A stretch of 62,203 bases of DNA, from assembly GCA_964010765.1 (NCBI GenBank), contig CAXGMD010000010.1, positions 1-62,203 of the forward strand, written 5' to 3'. The notes beneath the pieces are model-generated. The model was not told where the DNA came from. It did not search any database and saw only the letters and a list, made by a program, of their open reading frames with translations. The stretch comes from an uncultured bacterium. GTDB lineage: Bacteria; SAR324; NAC60-12. Both the position numbers and the translations under genes were made by a program. Positions 9,727 to 19,777 of the stretch are shown one piece after another (position 1 is the stretch's first letter; every line of letters begins with the position of its first letter).

Positions 9727-10671
9727 ATGCCTGAAGAAATTTTAATGACAAGCCAAGCGTTTTTTCATCAAGAATGTTTAGCCGATCTGGAGAGCAGATA
9801 TCTTGTCCACAGACTCTGGGAAGCCAGTGATCGAGATGCTCTAATTGAGAAAGTCGCCCCTAACATCAGAGTGGTCGTTACGGAGGGCTGGGCACCAGCA
9901 GACTTCCAGGGCAAATTCCCCAAGTTGGCATTAATTGCAAGTCATGGAGTGGGCTATGATGGAGTGGATGTAGGCGCAGCTCAAGCAAGAAAGATCGCTG
10001 TCACCAACACTCCTGGCGTTTTGGATGATGCTGTTGCGGACCTTACGGTTGGATTATTGATTGCCGTTACTCGAGGAATGGTGGTCGGTGATCAATACGT
10101 TCGTAATGGCGAATGGCTCAAAGCCCACATGCCCTTGACGAGCCATTTAAGAGGGAGACAAGCTGGAATTTTGGGTCTGGGTCGAATCGGAATGGCTATC
10201 GCAGACAGATTGAAAGCTTTTGGTATCACAATCAACTACCACAACCGCCGGCAGCGATCAGATGTGAGCTACAATTATTTCTCATCCTTGATGGAGATGG
10301 CCGATCAGGTGGATTTCCTGATCTTGAGTTGCGTTGGTGGAGAAGCAACCAAGAAAATTGTCAATCGGCAAGTCCTGGAAAAACTGGGGTCAGATGGGGT
10401 GCTGATCAATATTTCACGTGGATCTGTTGTCGATGAAGATGACCTTGTTGCCTGTCTCCAAGAGGGCAAGCTTGGCGGGGCAGGTGTAGATGTGTTTACC
10501 AACGAACCAAAAGTGCCAGAGGCTCTCTTGCAGATGCCTCAAGTAGTTTTGCAACCCCATGTTGGTTCGGCGACCCTGCAAACCCGCATCGCCATGGGGC
10601 AGCTCGTGGTAGATAATGTGGATGCTTACTATGCAAACAAACCACTGCTGACGCCAGTTCCCGCAGTTTAA
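9727..10671 (+). CDS. D-isomer 2-hydroxyacid dehydrogenase (glyoxylate/hydroxypyruvate/2-ketogluconate reductase-like)
   Basis: GVGYDGVD, VTNTPGV, GLGRIG, INISRG, DVFTNEP, QPHVGSAT; ATG at 9727 follows AGGAAG (track starts at 9664). Confidence 0.88.
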   Translation: MPEEILMTSQAFFHQECLADLESRYLVHRLWEASDRDALIEKVAPNIRVVVTEGWAPADFQGKFPKLALIASHGVGYDGVDVGAAQARKIAVTNTPGVLDDAVADLTVGLLIAVTRGMVVGDQYVRNGEWLKAHMPLTSHLRGRQAGILGLGRIGMAIADRLKAFGITINYHNRRQRSDVSYNYFSSLMEMADQVDFLILSCVGGEATKKIVNRQVLEKLGSDGVLINISRGSVVDEDDLVACLQEGKLGGAGVDVFTNEPKVPEALLQMPQVVLQPHVGSATLQTRIAMGQLVVDNVDAYYANKPLLTPVPAV

Positions 10672-10700
10672 AATTATTGACCTCTTTCTTTTAAAGAAAT

Positions 10701-12002
10701 ATGGCTCTTTTTGCTGAACGTAACCAAAGAATTGGTTCTGAAAATGCCTTTAAAGTGGGACCACACATTGTTCATGTCGGTCAATCCCGTGGACCAGTTG
10801 TAAAATTAAATCTTGGCGAACCAGACTATGATCTACCCAGGGCTGTCAATGCCGAGATTAAACGACAACTTGATGCTGGAAATACGCACTATTGTGACCC
10901 TCAAGGTACGCCAAACTTACGTAGTGCCATCAGTGAATACGTAAATCGAACGAGAGGTCTCAAAACTACACCCGGGCATGTGGTGGTCTTTCCGGGCGGT
11001 AAGCCATCGATTGGCTTGACCCAGCAAATTTATTGTAATCCGGGTGATGAGGTGATTTACCCAAGCCCAGGATTTCCGATCTACGAGTCATTTATTCGTT
11101 ACGTCCAAGCTGCTCCTGTCCCCTTACATTTGGATGAATCAGCCGGATTCACATTCACCGCTGAGCAACTCGCAGAATTGATTACGCCAAAGACCAAGGT
11201 AATTTATTTGAACTTCCCCTCAAATCCCACTGGCGGAGTTGCGAGTCAGTCGCAGATTGAAGAGATCGCAGATGTGATACTGCGCAAGGCTCCACCTGAT
11301 GTCAGAGTGTACTCTGATGAGATCTATGAACGGATAGTTTTTGATGGTCAGCAGCATTATTCCATTCTTCAAGTACCGGGGATGGCAGAAAGAACGATCT
11401 TAGCAAGTGGTTTCTCCAAAACCTTTGCCTGGACTGGAGGAAGAATCGGCTATGCTGTGCTACCCACTGTGGCGGAAGCAGAGATGTTCAAAACGTTAAA
11501 TATTAACTACTTCTCATGTGTTGCCCCCTACAATCAAGAAGCAGCTGTGGTGGCACTTACTGACGAAACAGTGGAACGAGAAGTTCTGGAGATGGTACGA
11601 ACCTTTGAAGAGCGAAGAGATGCGGTGCTGGAAGATTTACGGGCTATCCCCGGTGTAGAGTGTCAAAAGCCAGGAGGAGCCTTCTACCTGTTCCCAAATA
11701 TTGAAGGAGTCTGTGAGTCTCTGGGTTTAATTGATCACCATTCAAATCTGAATGATGCAGCTAAAAAGGAAACGTCCCCTGCAGGTCTGTTTCAAATGTT
11801 CGCTTTGTACGATCATCAAGTAGCTGTGTTGGATCGGCTCTCTTTCGGTCGAATTGGCGTAGAGGGGAAGCATTTTCTAAGGCTTTCGACAGCTTCTGAA
11901 CTTGGTGTTCTGAGAGGTGGAGTACAACGCCTACGCGACGCTGCTCAGGATCAGACAGGACTAGAAAAATTCTTGAAAGAGCGGCCGGATTTAAATCAAT
12001 AA
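10701..12002 (+). CDS. PLP-dependent aminotransferase class I/II
   Basis: LNLGEPD, NFPSNPTG, SDEIY, SGFSKTFAWTGGRIGY (PLP lysine), PGGAFY. Confidence 0.9.
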   Translation: MALFAERNQRIGSENAFKVGPHIVHVGQSRGPVVKLNLGEPDYDLPRAVNAEIKRQLDAGNTHYCDPQGTPNLRSAISEYVNRTRGLKTTPGHVVVFPGGKPSIGLTQQIYCNPGDEVIYPSPGFPIYESFIRYVQAAPVPLHLDESAGFTFTAEQLAELITPKTKVIYLNFPSNPTGGVASQSQIEEIADVILRKAPPDVRVYSDEIYERIVFDGQQHYSILQVPGMAERTILASGFSKTFAWTGGRIGYAVLPTVAEAEMFKTLNINYFSCVAPYNQEAAVVALTDETVEREVLEMVRTFEERRDAVLEDLRAIPGVECQKPGGAFYLFPNIEGVCESLGLIDHHSNLNDAAKKETSPAGLFQMFALYDHQVAVLDRLSFGRIGVEGKHFLRLSTASELGVLRGGVQRLRDAAQDQTGLEKFLKERPDLNQ

Positions 12003-12063
12003 ATTCTCATTTGACTATCGATATTAGTGATCTAGAGAAATTATAGGATTACGTTGATTTGGT

Positions 12064-12110
12064 TTGACAAATCTGAATTAATTATTTACTTTAACGTTAA
12101 AGTAAATAAT
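12064..12110 (+). promoter_or_regulatory. Sigma70 promoter overlapped by a perfect 30-bp palindromic LacI-type operator
   Basis: -35 TTGACA (12064-12069), 17-bp spacer, -10 TACTTT (12087-12092); palindrome ATTATTTACTTTAAC|GTTAAAGTAAATAAT (12081-12110) with central CG. Confidence 0.8.
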
Positions 12111-12123
12111 CATTACAATTACC

Positions 12124-13134
12124 ATGAAGAAAAGAATAACAATTCGAGAAGTAGCGGAAGCCGCCAAAGTAACGATGATGACGGTTTCTAACGTCGTTAA
12201 CGGCAAAACAGATCAAATGAGTAAGGAGACAAGAGATAAAGTACAGGCAGTGATTGAACAGCTTGGTTATAAACCCAACCATGCGGCAAAGACATTAAGG
12301 ACGAAAAGTAGTTTATCAATTGGAATGGTAATCTTGGATGATGTGCCAGAATTTTTGGCTGATACTTATACTTCACAAGTGGCTTCTGGTTTATCGAATT
12401 ATTTAGCTGATCGAAATTATAGCCTAATATTGCAAGGAATTAGATCACAAAGCATCCAGACAAAAAGTATTTTGGAAGAGATTCATGCTGATGGGATTTG
12501 TGCAATTTTATCTGGTAGCAAAGAAAAAAGGGAAAAGATAATTAAAAAAATTTTAAACCTAAATTTACCTTTTGTTCTAATTCAAGAGAAATATCCGGAC
12601 AATAGAATTCACAGTATTATGCAAGATGATTTTAAAGCAGGGAAATTAATTGCCGAATTTTTGGTAAAAAAAGATTGCAAAAAATTTATATTTCTGGCCC
12701 CTAAGCAAAATTGGCCAGCAATTGAACAAAGAGTACTTGGTGTAAAAAAAATTTTATCTAGGAATAATCTAAATATTGAAATTATTGAGTGTGGAGACGA
12801 AGGATTGAAAGATACCAAATCAGCAGTTTTAAATTACATTGAAAAAAAAGGGTTCCCAGAAGCAATTATTGGTGGAAATGATAAAATGGCGATGGGTGCA
12901 ATCAGAATTTTAAGTGAAAAAGGAATCAGTGTTCCAAATGATGTTAGGGTCACTGGATTTAATGCATTTGAAACTGCTGCATACATAACACCAAATTTAG
13001 TGACTATTCAATCAAAAGCCTACGAAATTGGGATGGAAGCAGGAAGAATTTTAATAGATAGGATTAAGCATAAGATCATTGATTCAAATGAAATTGTATT
13101 TCCTGTTAGTTTAGTTGCTGGAGAATCAGCTTAG
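12124..13134 (+). CDS. LacI family transcriptional regulator
   Basis: ITIREVAEAAKVTMMTVSNVVN HTH, LGYKPNHAAKTL hinge, NDKMAMG, VPNDVRVTGFN; very AT-rich gene. Confidence 0.95.
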   Translation: MKKRITIREVAEAAKVTMMTVSNVVNGKTDQMSKETRDKVQAVIEQLGYKPNHAAKTLRTKSSLSIGMVILDDVPEFLADTYTSQVASGLSNYLADRNYSLILQGIRSQSIQTKSILEEIHADGICAILSGSKEKREKIIKKILNLNLPFVLIQEKYPDNRIHSIMQDDFKAGKLIAEFLVKKDCKKFIFLAPKQNWPAIEQRVLGVKKILSRNNLNIEIIECGDEGLKDTKSAVLNYIEKKGFPEAIIGGNDKMAMGAIRILSEKGISVPNDVRVTGFNAFETAAYITPNLVTIQSKAYEIGMEAGRILIDRIKHKIIDSNEIVFPVSLVAGESA

Positions 13135-13174
13135 CTGTATTTTTTAAGGTAGTAATATTGATGGAAGATAGAAA

Positions 13175-13834
13175 ATGGATAAATTGATCGAAAACAAATT
13201 AAACGAACTGTTCTGTTCGTTAGTCTCCGACGTGTTAGATGAATTAGGTTATGCAAACCAAGCTTTCCCTCACTATATTCGACCATTGGATGAAAACTTA
13301 CGTCTAATTGGTCGAGCGAGGACGATGCTATATACAGATATTTATGAAAGACCCAGAAAAAATGAAAACCAATATGAATTAGAAATTAAATTAGTGGATA
13401 GCCTCCAACAAGGAGATGTTGCTGTCGCAGCTTGTGGTAGTTCAAATCGGATCGCCCCTTGGGGAGGATTGTTAAGTACTGCTGCAAGAGTGAATAAAGC
13501 AAATGGGGCCATCATGGATGGGTTTGTCAGAGATGTTCAGCAGATTAAGAAGATTGGCTTTCCAGTATATGCAGCTGGCATTGCGCCCCTTGACAGTAAG
13601 GGCAGGGGAAAGGTGATTGAGATTGATGTGCCAGTAGAGTGTGCAGGAGTGAGAGTATGTCCAGGTGATATTATTTTCGGTGACGCTGATGGGTGTGTGG
13701 CTATTCCAGAGAAAATCTTTTCCAATGTCCTTTTTCATAGTGCTGAAAAAATACAGTCTGAGAAAGGCACATTGAAAGCTTTAGAATCTGGAAGAAGCCT
13801 AGGAGATGTTTTTCAAGAATTTGGTGTGTTGTAG
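13175..13834 (+). CDS. RraA-like / HMG-CHA aldolase family protein
   Basis: VSDVLD, APWGGLLS, MDGFVRD, VCPGDIIFGDADG. Confidence 0.85.
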   Translation: MDKLIENKLNELFCSLVSDVLDELGYANQAFPHYIRPLDENLRLIGRARTMLYTDIYERPRKNENQYELEIKLVDSLQQGDVAVAACGSSNRIAPWGGLLSTAARVNKANGAIMDGFVRDVQQIKKIGFPVYAAGIAPLDSKGRGKVIEIDVPVECAGVRVCPGDIIFGDADGCVAIPEKIFSNVLFHSAEKIQSEKGTLKALESGRSLGDVFQEFGVL

Positions 13835-13868
13835 TTAGTTTTATTTAAATAAAGAATTACAAAGATCA

Positions 13869-14867
13869 ATGAAGAAAATTCTGAATATCGATGGTGTAAC
13901 TATTGGGGTTGTTTTTGCAGCTTTAATTTTAGTTTTTATGATTACAGCACCAAAGGCTTTTTTAAATTTCCGTGTGTATATGAGCTTTTTTGCAACAGTA
14001 CCACCACCACTGATAATTGCTCTTGGGATCACACTAGTAGCAGTTGCGGGCGAAATGGATCTTTCATTTCCTTCAACAGTTGCCTTATCTAGTTATATAT
14101 TTGCATATTTGTTCGAAAATTTTCAGTTATCTTGGTTGGCATTAGCAATTGCAATATTAGCAGGTGCAGTGGTTGGCCTTGTAAATGGTTTAGTCATTAC
14201 AATGCTTGGAATACCATCACTGATTGCAACACTTGCACTATTATTCCTATGGGGTGGGTTTGTTACAATAATTTCTGGGGGAATTCAGTTAGCAATTCCA
14301 ACAATTTATGAGACTCCAATTCATGATTTTTTAGTTGGTAGACTTGAACAATTCTTTCCAGTCCAAATTTTATGGGCAATTTTAATTTCAATTGTTATAT
14401 GGCTATTACTTAATCGGCATAAATTTGGAGAGAATCTACTTTTCATTGGAGATAATTCAGAGGTAGCGAAGATGATGGGAATCAATGTGATTTTGGAAAA
14501 GATTAAGCTATTTACCCTATCTGGAACATTATCTAGTGTCGGAGGAGTGTTTTTGACTCTAGAAACTACTTCTTATTTCTCTAGTCAGGGAATGGGTTAT
14601 CTTTTGACGGTAATTGCGGCCGTCTTTATTGGCGGCACGTCAATTTTCGGAGGGTCTGGCCGAGTAATTGGAACAGTGTTCGCGGTCTTCATTGTTACAG
14701 TTATTGAGGCTGGTTTAGTTGCCTCCGGAATCCAGGGTTTCTGGACCCGGTTTTTTATCGGACTGGTCTTCATTTTAGCAGTCTCGATCAACACTCTTCT
14801 AGAAAATCCTGGCAAAGTTCCCCTTGTTCAATTTTTAAGAGCAAAGGGTTTTTTTCAATCCTCTTGA
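13869..14867 (+). CDS. Sugar ABC transporter permease (CUT2/RbsC-like)
   Basis: GEMDLS, GIPSLIATL, IGDNSEVAKMMGI, IAAVFIGGTSIFGGSG. Confidence 0.92.
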   Translation: MKKILNIDGVTIGVVFAALILVFMITAPKAFLNFRVYMSFFATVPPPLIIALGITLVAVAGEMDLSFPSTVALSSYIFAYLFENFQLSWLALAIAILAGAVVGLVNGLVITMLGIPSLIATLALLFLWGGFVTIISGGIQLAIPTIYETPIHDFLVGRLEQFFPVQILWAILISIVIWLLLNRHKFGENLLFIGDNSEVAKMMGINVILEKIKLFTLSGTLSSVGGVFLTLETTSYFSSQGMGYLLTVIAAVFIGGTSIFGGSGRVIGTVFAVFIVTVIEAGLVASGIQGFWTRFFIGLVFILAVSINTLLENPGKVPLVQFLRAKGFFQSS

Positions 14868-14879
14868 AGGAGAGTCGCC

Positions 14880-15860
14880 ATGAAAATGGTACTTCACAAA
14901 AGCATTTTTCTGTTCTGCTTGTTTTTCTGCATTCCCTTCTTTGCCTGGAGTGACGACCGTCCAGCTATTGAAGGAGACCTGACAATTTATATGCAGATGG
15001 GTGGGAATTCTGGAGGGCCAGCAACTCTGGCTAGAGAGCTTGGAGCCAGAGATGCGGCCAGAATTTTAGACGTCAACTTGATTGAACAGCATTCAGAATG
15101 GAATCCACAAAGGATGTTGCAACAAGCCAATGAAGCACTCGCAGCAGTGCCAGATGCAATCATTGTCATGGGCCATCCAGGCACGAAATCAATGACGACT
15201 TTCCTCCAAAAAGCGGCGAGAGATGGAGTTAAAGTCATTGTTGGTAACAATAATTTACCTGGATCAGGGCGGAGTTATTTTGGTTTGGATAATTATGAGG
15301 CAGGGATGAACCTTGCTAAGTTGACGCTCCAAGAGGGGAACTTAGGCCAAGGTGATCACGTGGTTGTTTATGGTGCCTTTATCGAAGGAGCCCCAGGTGA
15401 ATTGGTGGCAAGAGGATCTCTGAAAGCTCTTGATGAAGCTGGAGCCAGTTACGATAAGCTCCAGTGGTCAAATGAGGCTGTTCAAGATCCATCATTGGCT
15501 GTGCCGGTTTTGGTAAGTTACCTCGAAGCCAACCCCAAAACTCGCGCTATTATTGTTCCAGGTCACGGGGGAATAACAGCATTTCTCGGAAAAGTCCTCC
15601 GTGATGCAGGCAAAAACGCAGGCGAGGTAGTCACTTCAGGATTTGATATTTCTCCAGCAGCTATTGACGAAGTAAAGCGCGGTTACTTATCACTTGTTTT
15701 GGATCAGCAACCTTATTTACAAGGGTTTATGCCAGTTGTTGCGGCTGTCCTAGAAGTAAAATATGGTTTGGGGAATCTATTCCTAAACACAGGTGGGGGT
15801 ACTGTAACAAAAGATAACGTGGCCATGATCGAAAAACTTGTCTTGCAGGGTGTTAGATAA
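14880..15860 (+). CDS. Sugar ABC transporter substrate-binding protein (RbsB-like)
   Basis: Signal peptide, GLDNYEAG, SGFD, LDQQPYLQGF; RBS AGGAG. Confidence 0.9.
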   Translation: MKMVLHKSIFLFCLFFCIPFFAWSDDRPAIEGDLTIYMQMGGNSGGPATLARELGARDAARILDVNLIEQHSEWNPQRMLQQANEALAAVPDAIIVMGHPGTKSMTTFLQKAARDGVKVIVGNNNLPGSGRSYFGLDNYEAGMNLAKLTLQEGNLGQGDHVVVYGAFIEGAPGELVARGSLKALDEAGASYDKLQWSNEAVQDPSLAVPVLVSYLEANPKTRAIIVPGHGGITAFLGKVLRDAGKNAGEVVTSGFDISPAAIDEVKRGYLSLVLDQQPYLQGFMPVVAAVLEVKYGLGNLFLNTGGGTVTKDNVAMIEKLVLQGVR

Positions 15861-15868
15861 TTTTTTGT

Positions 15869-15905
15869 TGCTAGCTGATTTGAGTGTCTTTTAAATCAGC
15901 TGGCA
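15869..15905 (+). other. Intercistronic hairpin after the SBP gene (mRNA stabiliser or weak terminator)
   Basis: TGCTAGCTGATTT...AAATCAGCTGGCA stem with one G-U pair. Confidence 0.5.
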
Positions 15906-15920
15906 GATTAAATTTAGTAT

Positions 15921-16700
15921 TTGAAATCAAGAGAAAAATTGAATTCAATTGTTGAACTCAAAAGTGTTTCCAAATCTTATGGGCCTGTCCTGAGCCTGAA
16001 GCCTACATATCTTGAAATTGGCAATAATGAAATTGTTGGTCTTATTGGTGACAACGGAGCAGGTAAATCTACGCTTATCAAATTGATTACCGGCCTAGAG
16101 TCACCAAGTTCTGGAGAGATTTTCATTAAAGGAGAAAAAATTGATCTCAATAAATACTCAGTAAAAATTTCTCAAAAGCTTGGAATTGAGACTGTTTATC
16201 AAAAATTGTCACTATGTGAAAAACAACCATTGTGGAGAAACTTTTTTGCTGGAAGACCAATTACCAATGCTTTTGGTTTAATTGATGTTAAAAAGCAGCG
16301 AGAAATCACTGCAGAGATTATGAAAAGTACAATTGGTTTTCGGAGTGAAGGCATCAATGTGGATACTCCAGTCAGTTTTCTTTCTGGTGGAGAGAGACAG
16401 GGTGTCGCAATCGGAAGAGCAATGTATTTTGAAAGTGACCTGATCATTCTAGATGAGCCAACAGTGGCATTGGCTATCTCAGAAGTAGAGAAGGTTCTAA
16501 GATTTGTGGACAATATAAAAACTAAAGGAAAATCATGCATATTCATTGAACATAATATCCATCATGTCCATGAAATTTCAGATAGAATTATCGTTCTGGA
16601 TCGAGGAGATGTAGTTTTGAATTGTGATAAAAATTCAATAGAAATTGGTGACTTGATTCAATTTCTTAAAGAACTTCATTTCCAAAAAGAAAAGAAATAG
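15921..16700 (+). CDS. Sugar ABC transporter ATP-binding protein (single domain)
   Basis: GDNGAGKST, LSGGERQ, IILDEPT, H-loop IEH. Confidence 0.93.
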   Translation: MKSREKLNSIVELKSVSKSYGPVLSLKPTYLEIGNNEIVGLIGDNGAGKSTLIKLITGLESPSSGEIFIKGEKIDLNKYSVKISQKLGIETVYQKLSLCEKQPLWRNFFAGRPITNAFGLIDVKKQREITAEIMKSTIGFRSEGINVDTPVSFLSGGERQGVAIGRAMYFESDLIILDEPTVALAISEVEKVLRFVDNIKTKGKSCIFIEHNIHHVHEISDRIIVLDRGDVVLNCDKNSIEIGDLIQFLKELHFQKEKK

Positions 16701-16764
16701 AAAATGTACTGGGTAACTTAACCCTCAAAAAATATTTTTTACATCCAAAGCAATTAGAGAGAAT

Positions 16765-18141
16765 TTGATCCCAGAAATCCGCCAACATGAATTTCAGGGC
16801 TTATTTGGAGTAGCTGTAGCTGAAATCAACCCACCTGCAGGAATGTACTCCCGAACGTGGGGATATTCCGAACATGACATTGCCGATGGAATTCATCGGC
16901 CCCTAAGAGCCTCCTGCCTAGCAATTTCCGATTTATCAGAAAAAGTGAATCTGACCTTGTTAGCTTTCGATCTGATGGTATGGCTTTCTCGTGAAGACGA
17001 GGAAGGCATCAGACTTCCCCTCGAAGAAGAGTTCAATTTAGCTCCTGGGACCCTCATCACTCACCTCTCGCATAGTCATGGTGCTCCATTTACAGATCCA
17101 ATGTTGGCAAATGCCTCTGGAGGGCATTTAATCAAGGACTACCGTAAGCAAATTCTGAAAACATGTCGTCAGCTACTCTCAGAAGCTTTTGAGAACAAAA
17201 GAGTCTGTGTGCTGAGCTGGGGGATTGGTCGTTGTGGCCTAGCGTTCAATCGCGATCTAACTCTCCCAAAGACAGGTGATCCCGTTGTAGGAATTAATCC
17301 GTCTACAACAGCAGATGACACACTACTTGTGGGAAGGATAACAGCGCAATCAGGTGTTAACGTTGCGAGTTTGGTCCATTATGCAGCACACCCCACGTCC
17401 TTGGGAGGATTGAACCGTCTGATCTCACCTGATTATGTAGGTGCCATGAGGGAATTGGTAGAAAGGGATACCAACGAAGCCCCCTGCATCTTTCTTCATG
17501 GTGCCGACGGGGAATTGGCGCCTCGAAGATGCTACGAAGAATCAACAGAGGCTGCAGATCAAAATGGTAGGGAATTGGGCTATGCCGCGCTTTCTACCCT
17601 GACTAGTTTGATGCCATCTGGAAAGAAGATGGTTTTTGACCGAAAGGTGGAATCCGGAGCTACACTGGGACTATGGAAATATGAGGATGAGTTGCCAGAC
17701 CAAAGAATTGGCATGATAACAGAGACTGTGGAATTGGAGCTTGGGGATCTGCCTACGATTGATGCCTTCAAAAAATTAGTAGAAGCAAAAAGTGGATTCG
17801 AGAAAGAGCGTGCACAAAGAGGATTAGCCTTGAGAGAAAAACTGGGGGAGTCATCAACCTACGATTTTCCGATTTATGCTTGGAAATTAGGAAAAACTAT
17901 AATGGTTGGTGCACCCATAGAATTTTATGACGAATTCCAGATTTTTTTGAGGCGACAGTTTCCGGAAAATCTGATCCTCGTCCTCGATATCTGCAATGGA
18001 TTTTTAAACTATTTGCCAAGGCAAGAAGAGTTTACTCGAAACACCTACCAAGTCAAAATAGCCCTGTTTGCCCCAGAAAGTGAAGGGAAGGTGCGCACAA
18101 AAGTTGTTTATTTAATAAATAAATTACTAAACAAAAACTAA
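16765..18141 (+). CDS. Neutral/alkaline ceramidase-like metallo-amidohydrolase of unknown substrate
   Basis: SHSHGAP (HxH), YAAHPT, ISPDYVG, HGADGELAP and NGFLNYLP match neutral-ceramidase superfamily patterns; TTG start. Confidence 0.6.
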   Translation: MIPEIRQHEFQGLFGVAVAEINPPAGMYSRTWGYSEHDIADGIHRPLRASCLAISDLSEKVNLTLLAFDLMVWLSREDEEGIRLPLEEEFNLAPGTLITHLSHSHGAPFTDPMLANASGGHLIKDYRKQILKTCRQLLSEAFENKRVCVLSWGIGRCGLAFNRDLTLPKTGDPVVGINPSTTADDTLLVGRITAQSGVNVASLVHYAAHPTSLGGLNRLISPDYVGAMRELVERDTNEAPCIFLHGADGELAPRRCYEESTEAADQNGRELGYAALSTLTSLMPSGKKMVFDRKVESGATLGLWKYEDELPDQRIGMITETVELELGDLPTIDAFKKLVEAKSGFEKERAQRGLALREKLGESSTYDFPIYAWKLGKTIMVGAPIEFYDEFQIFLRRQFPENLILVLDICNGFLNYLPRQEEFTRNTYQVKIALFAPESEGKVRTKVVYLINKLLNKN

Positions 18142-18318
18142 CTATTAGTAGATTAATTGGATCTTAAAATTCTAAGTATTTAAATGAGATAAAGCTATCA
18201 GCAACAACAATTGTTCTTGCCTTTTAGGGAAGTCTAGCCTAGTTTCCCGCGAGTGCTTGGGTCAAGGTGGCTCAAGTGACTTAATTTGCCATAGGCTGAA
18301 TAGGAAGAGGAGATTAAC

Positions 18319-19668
18319 ATGGAAAAATTGAATGATAATCAACCGACCAGCATTTCTGGGGAGACAACTGAAAAGGGTATGACCCGACGTCAGGTCATCA
18401 AAACGGGTGCAGCCGCAGCAGGGGCAGTCGCCTTGTCAGGTGGATTCCCCTACATTAGCAGCGCTCAAAATAAGACTCTTAACATAGTTCGAGGTACCTA
18501 CTTTATTCCCGGGGCCCAGGAGATTGCCAAACAGCAAGCTGAAGAGTTCGGTAAGCAAGCAGGTGTGAAAGTAAATGCTGATTTTCTAAACTGGACTGAC
18601 CTGAATACTAAAATTGGTGCTGGTATTCAAGCAGGCGGAATTGATGTTATAGAGCTTTGGCCTGTCCAAAATCATTTGTATGCCAATAATCTTGTTGATA
18701 TGACAGAAGAAGCGGAAGAGGTCGCTGCTCGTGGTGGGGGCTTTGAGGAATATGTGCTGAATTCGGGGCACGTGAATGGAAGATATCTCGGCATTCCTCA
18801 CGGAAATAACGCGGGTACAATCGCTTACAGGATAAGTGCTTTCGAGAAAGCCGGCGTTAAGCATGCAGACAAGGGTGGCATGGATATGACATGGGATGAA
18901 TATTTTGCTGTGGCGAAAGAGTGTAAGAAAATGGGTATGCCTTTTGGCCAGAGCCTGGGTCACAGCTTGGGTGATCCAATTGGATTCTGCTATCCATACA
19001 TGTGGGCCTCAGGCGCACTTGAAGTGGGTGATGACGGAAAGACAATACTCTTCAATACGCCAACCTTTGAGTATGCATTGAACAAGTTTGTACAAGCTTG
19101 GAAAGACGGCTATGATGAAACAGGAACATCTTGGGATGACAGTAGTAATAATCGCGCTTATTTGAGTGGCAAAATAGCTTCTACATTCAATGGAGCAAGT
19201 ATTTATTACGCATCCAAAAGACGTGATGATGGTGGAAAGTTGATGAATGACACCCATCATATGTTAATGCCGAAGGGCACAGCTGGCCGATATCATGAAT
19301 TTGGTACTCAGACAATGGGCATTTTAAATAATTCCGAAAATATTGATGTTGCTAAGGAATATCTAAAGTGGTGGTTTCAGCCGGAAAACTTTGATAAATG
19401 GTGGCGTGTCCAAGAGGGATACCAACTTCATCATGTTAAAAATCTTGCCAACGACCCTATGTGGAAAGACGATCCAAAAATGGGCATCTTCAAGGAAATC
19501 CCCAAATACGGTAGACTTAGAGGCTTTGCGGGTAACCCCAATGAGAAAGCAAGCTTAGCTGCTTCAAAATATATTGTTGTTGACACGTTCGCAAAAGCCG
19601 TCCAATCAGGAGATGCTAAAGATGCCCTTGAATGGGGCGAGCGACAACTGAAACGTATCTATCGATAA
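18319..19668 (+). CDS. ABC substrate-binding protein (CUT1/family 1) with Tat signal
   Basis: TRRQVIK twin-arginine leader, TWDEY, WDDSSNNRAYLSG; RBS GAGGAG. Confidence 0.9.
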   Translation: MEKLNDNQPTSISGETTEKGMTRRQVIKTGAAAAGAVALSGGFPYISSAQNKTLNIVRGTYFIPGAQEIAKQQAEEFGKQAGVKVNADFLNWTDLNTKIGAGIQAGGIDVIELWPVQNHLYANNLVDMTEEAEEVAARGGGFEEYVLNSGHVNGRYLGIPHGNNAGTIAYRISAFEKAGVKHADKGGMDMTWDEYFAVAKECKKMGMPFGQSLGHSLGDPIGFCYPYMWASGALEVGDDGKTILFNTPTFEYALNKFVQAWKDGYDETGTSWDDSSNNRAYLSGKIASTFNGASIYYASKRRDDGGKLMNDTHHMLMPKGTAGRYHEFGTQTMGILNNSENIDVAKEYLKWWFQPENFDKWWRVQEGYQLHHVKNLANDPMWKDDPKMGIFKEIPKYGRLRGFAGNPNEKASLAASKYIVVDTFAKAVQSGDAKDALEWGERQLKRIYR

Positions 19669-19689
19669 TCTGGAAGTATATCCATTTTC

Positions 19690-19726
19690 AAAACCCTCTG
19701 TGTAGCAATACCCAGAGGGTTTTTTT
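19690..19726 (+). terminator. Rho-independent terminator/attenuator after the SBP gene
   Basis: AAAACCCTCTG-loop-CAGAGGG followed by a T tract. Confidence 0.75.
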
Positions 19727-19777
19727 GTTTAAAGCAAGGTGTAGGAAACACGAAACAGGGAACTAAGAACATCTAAA

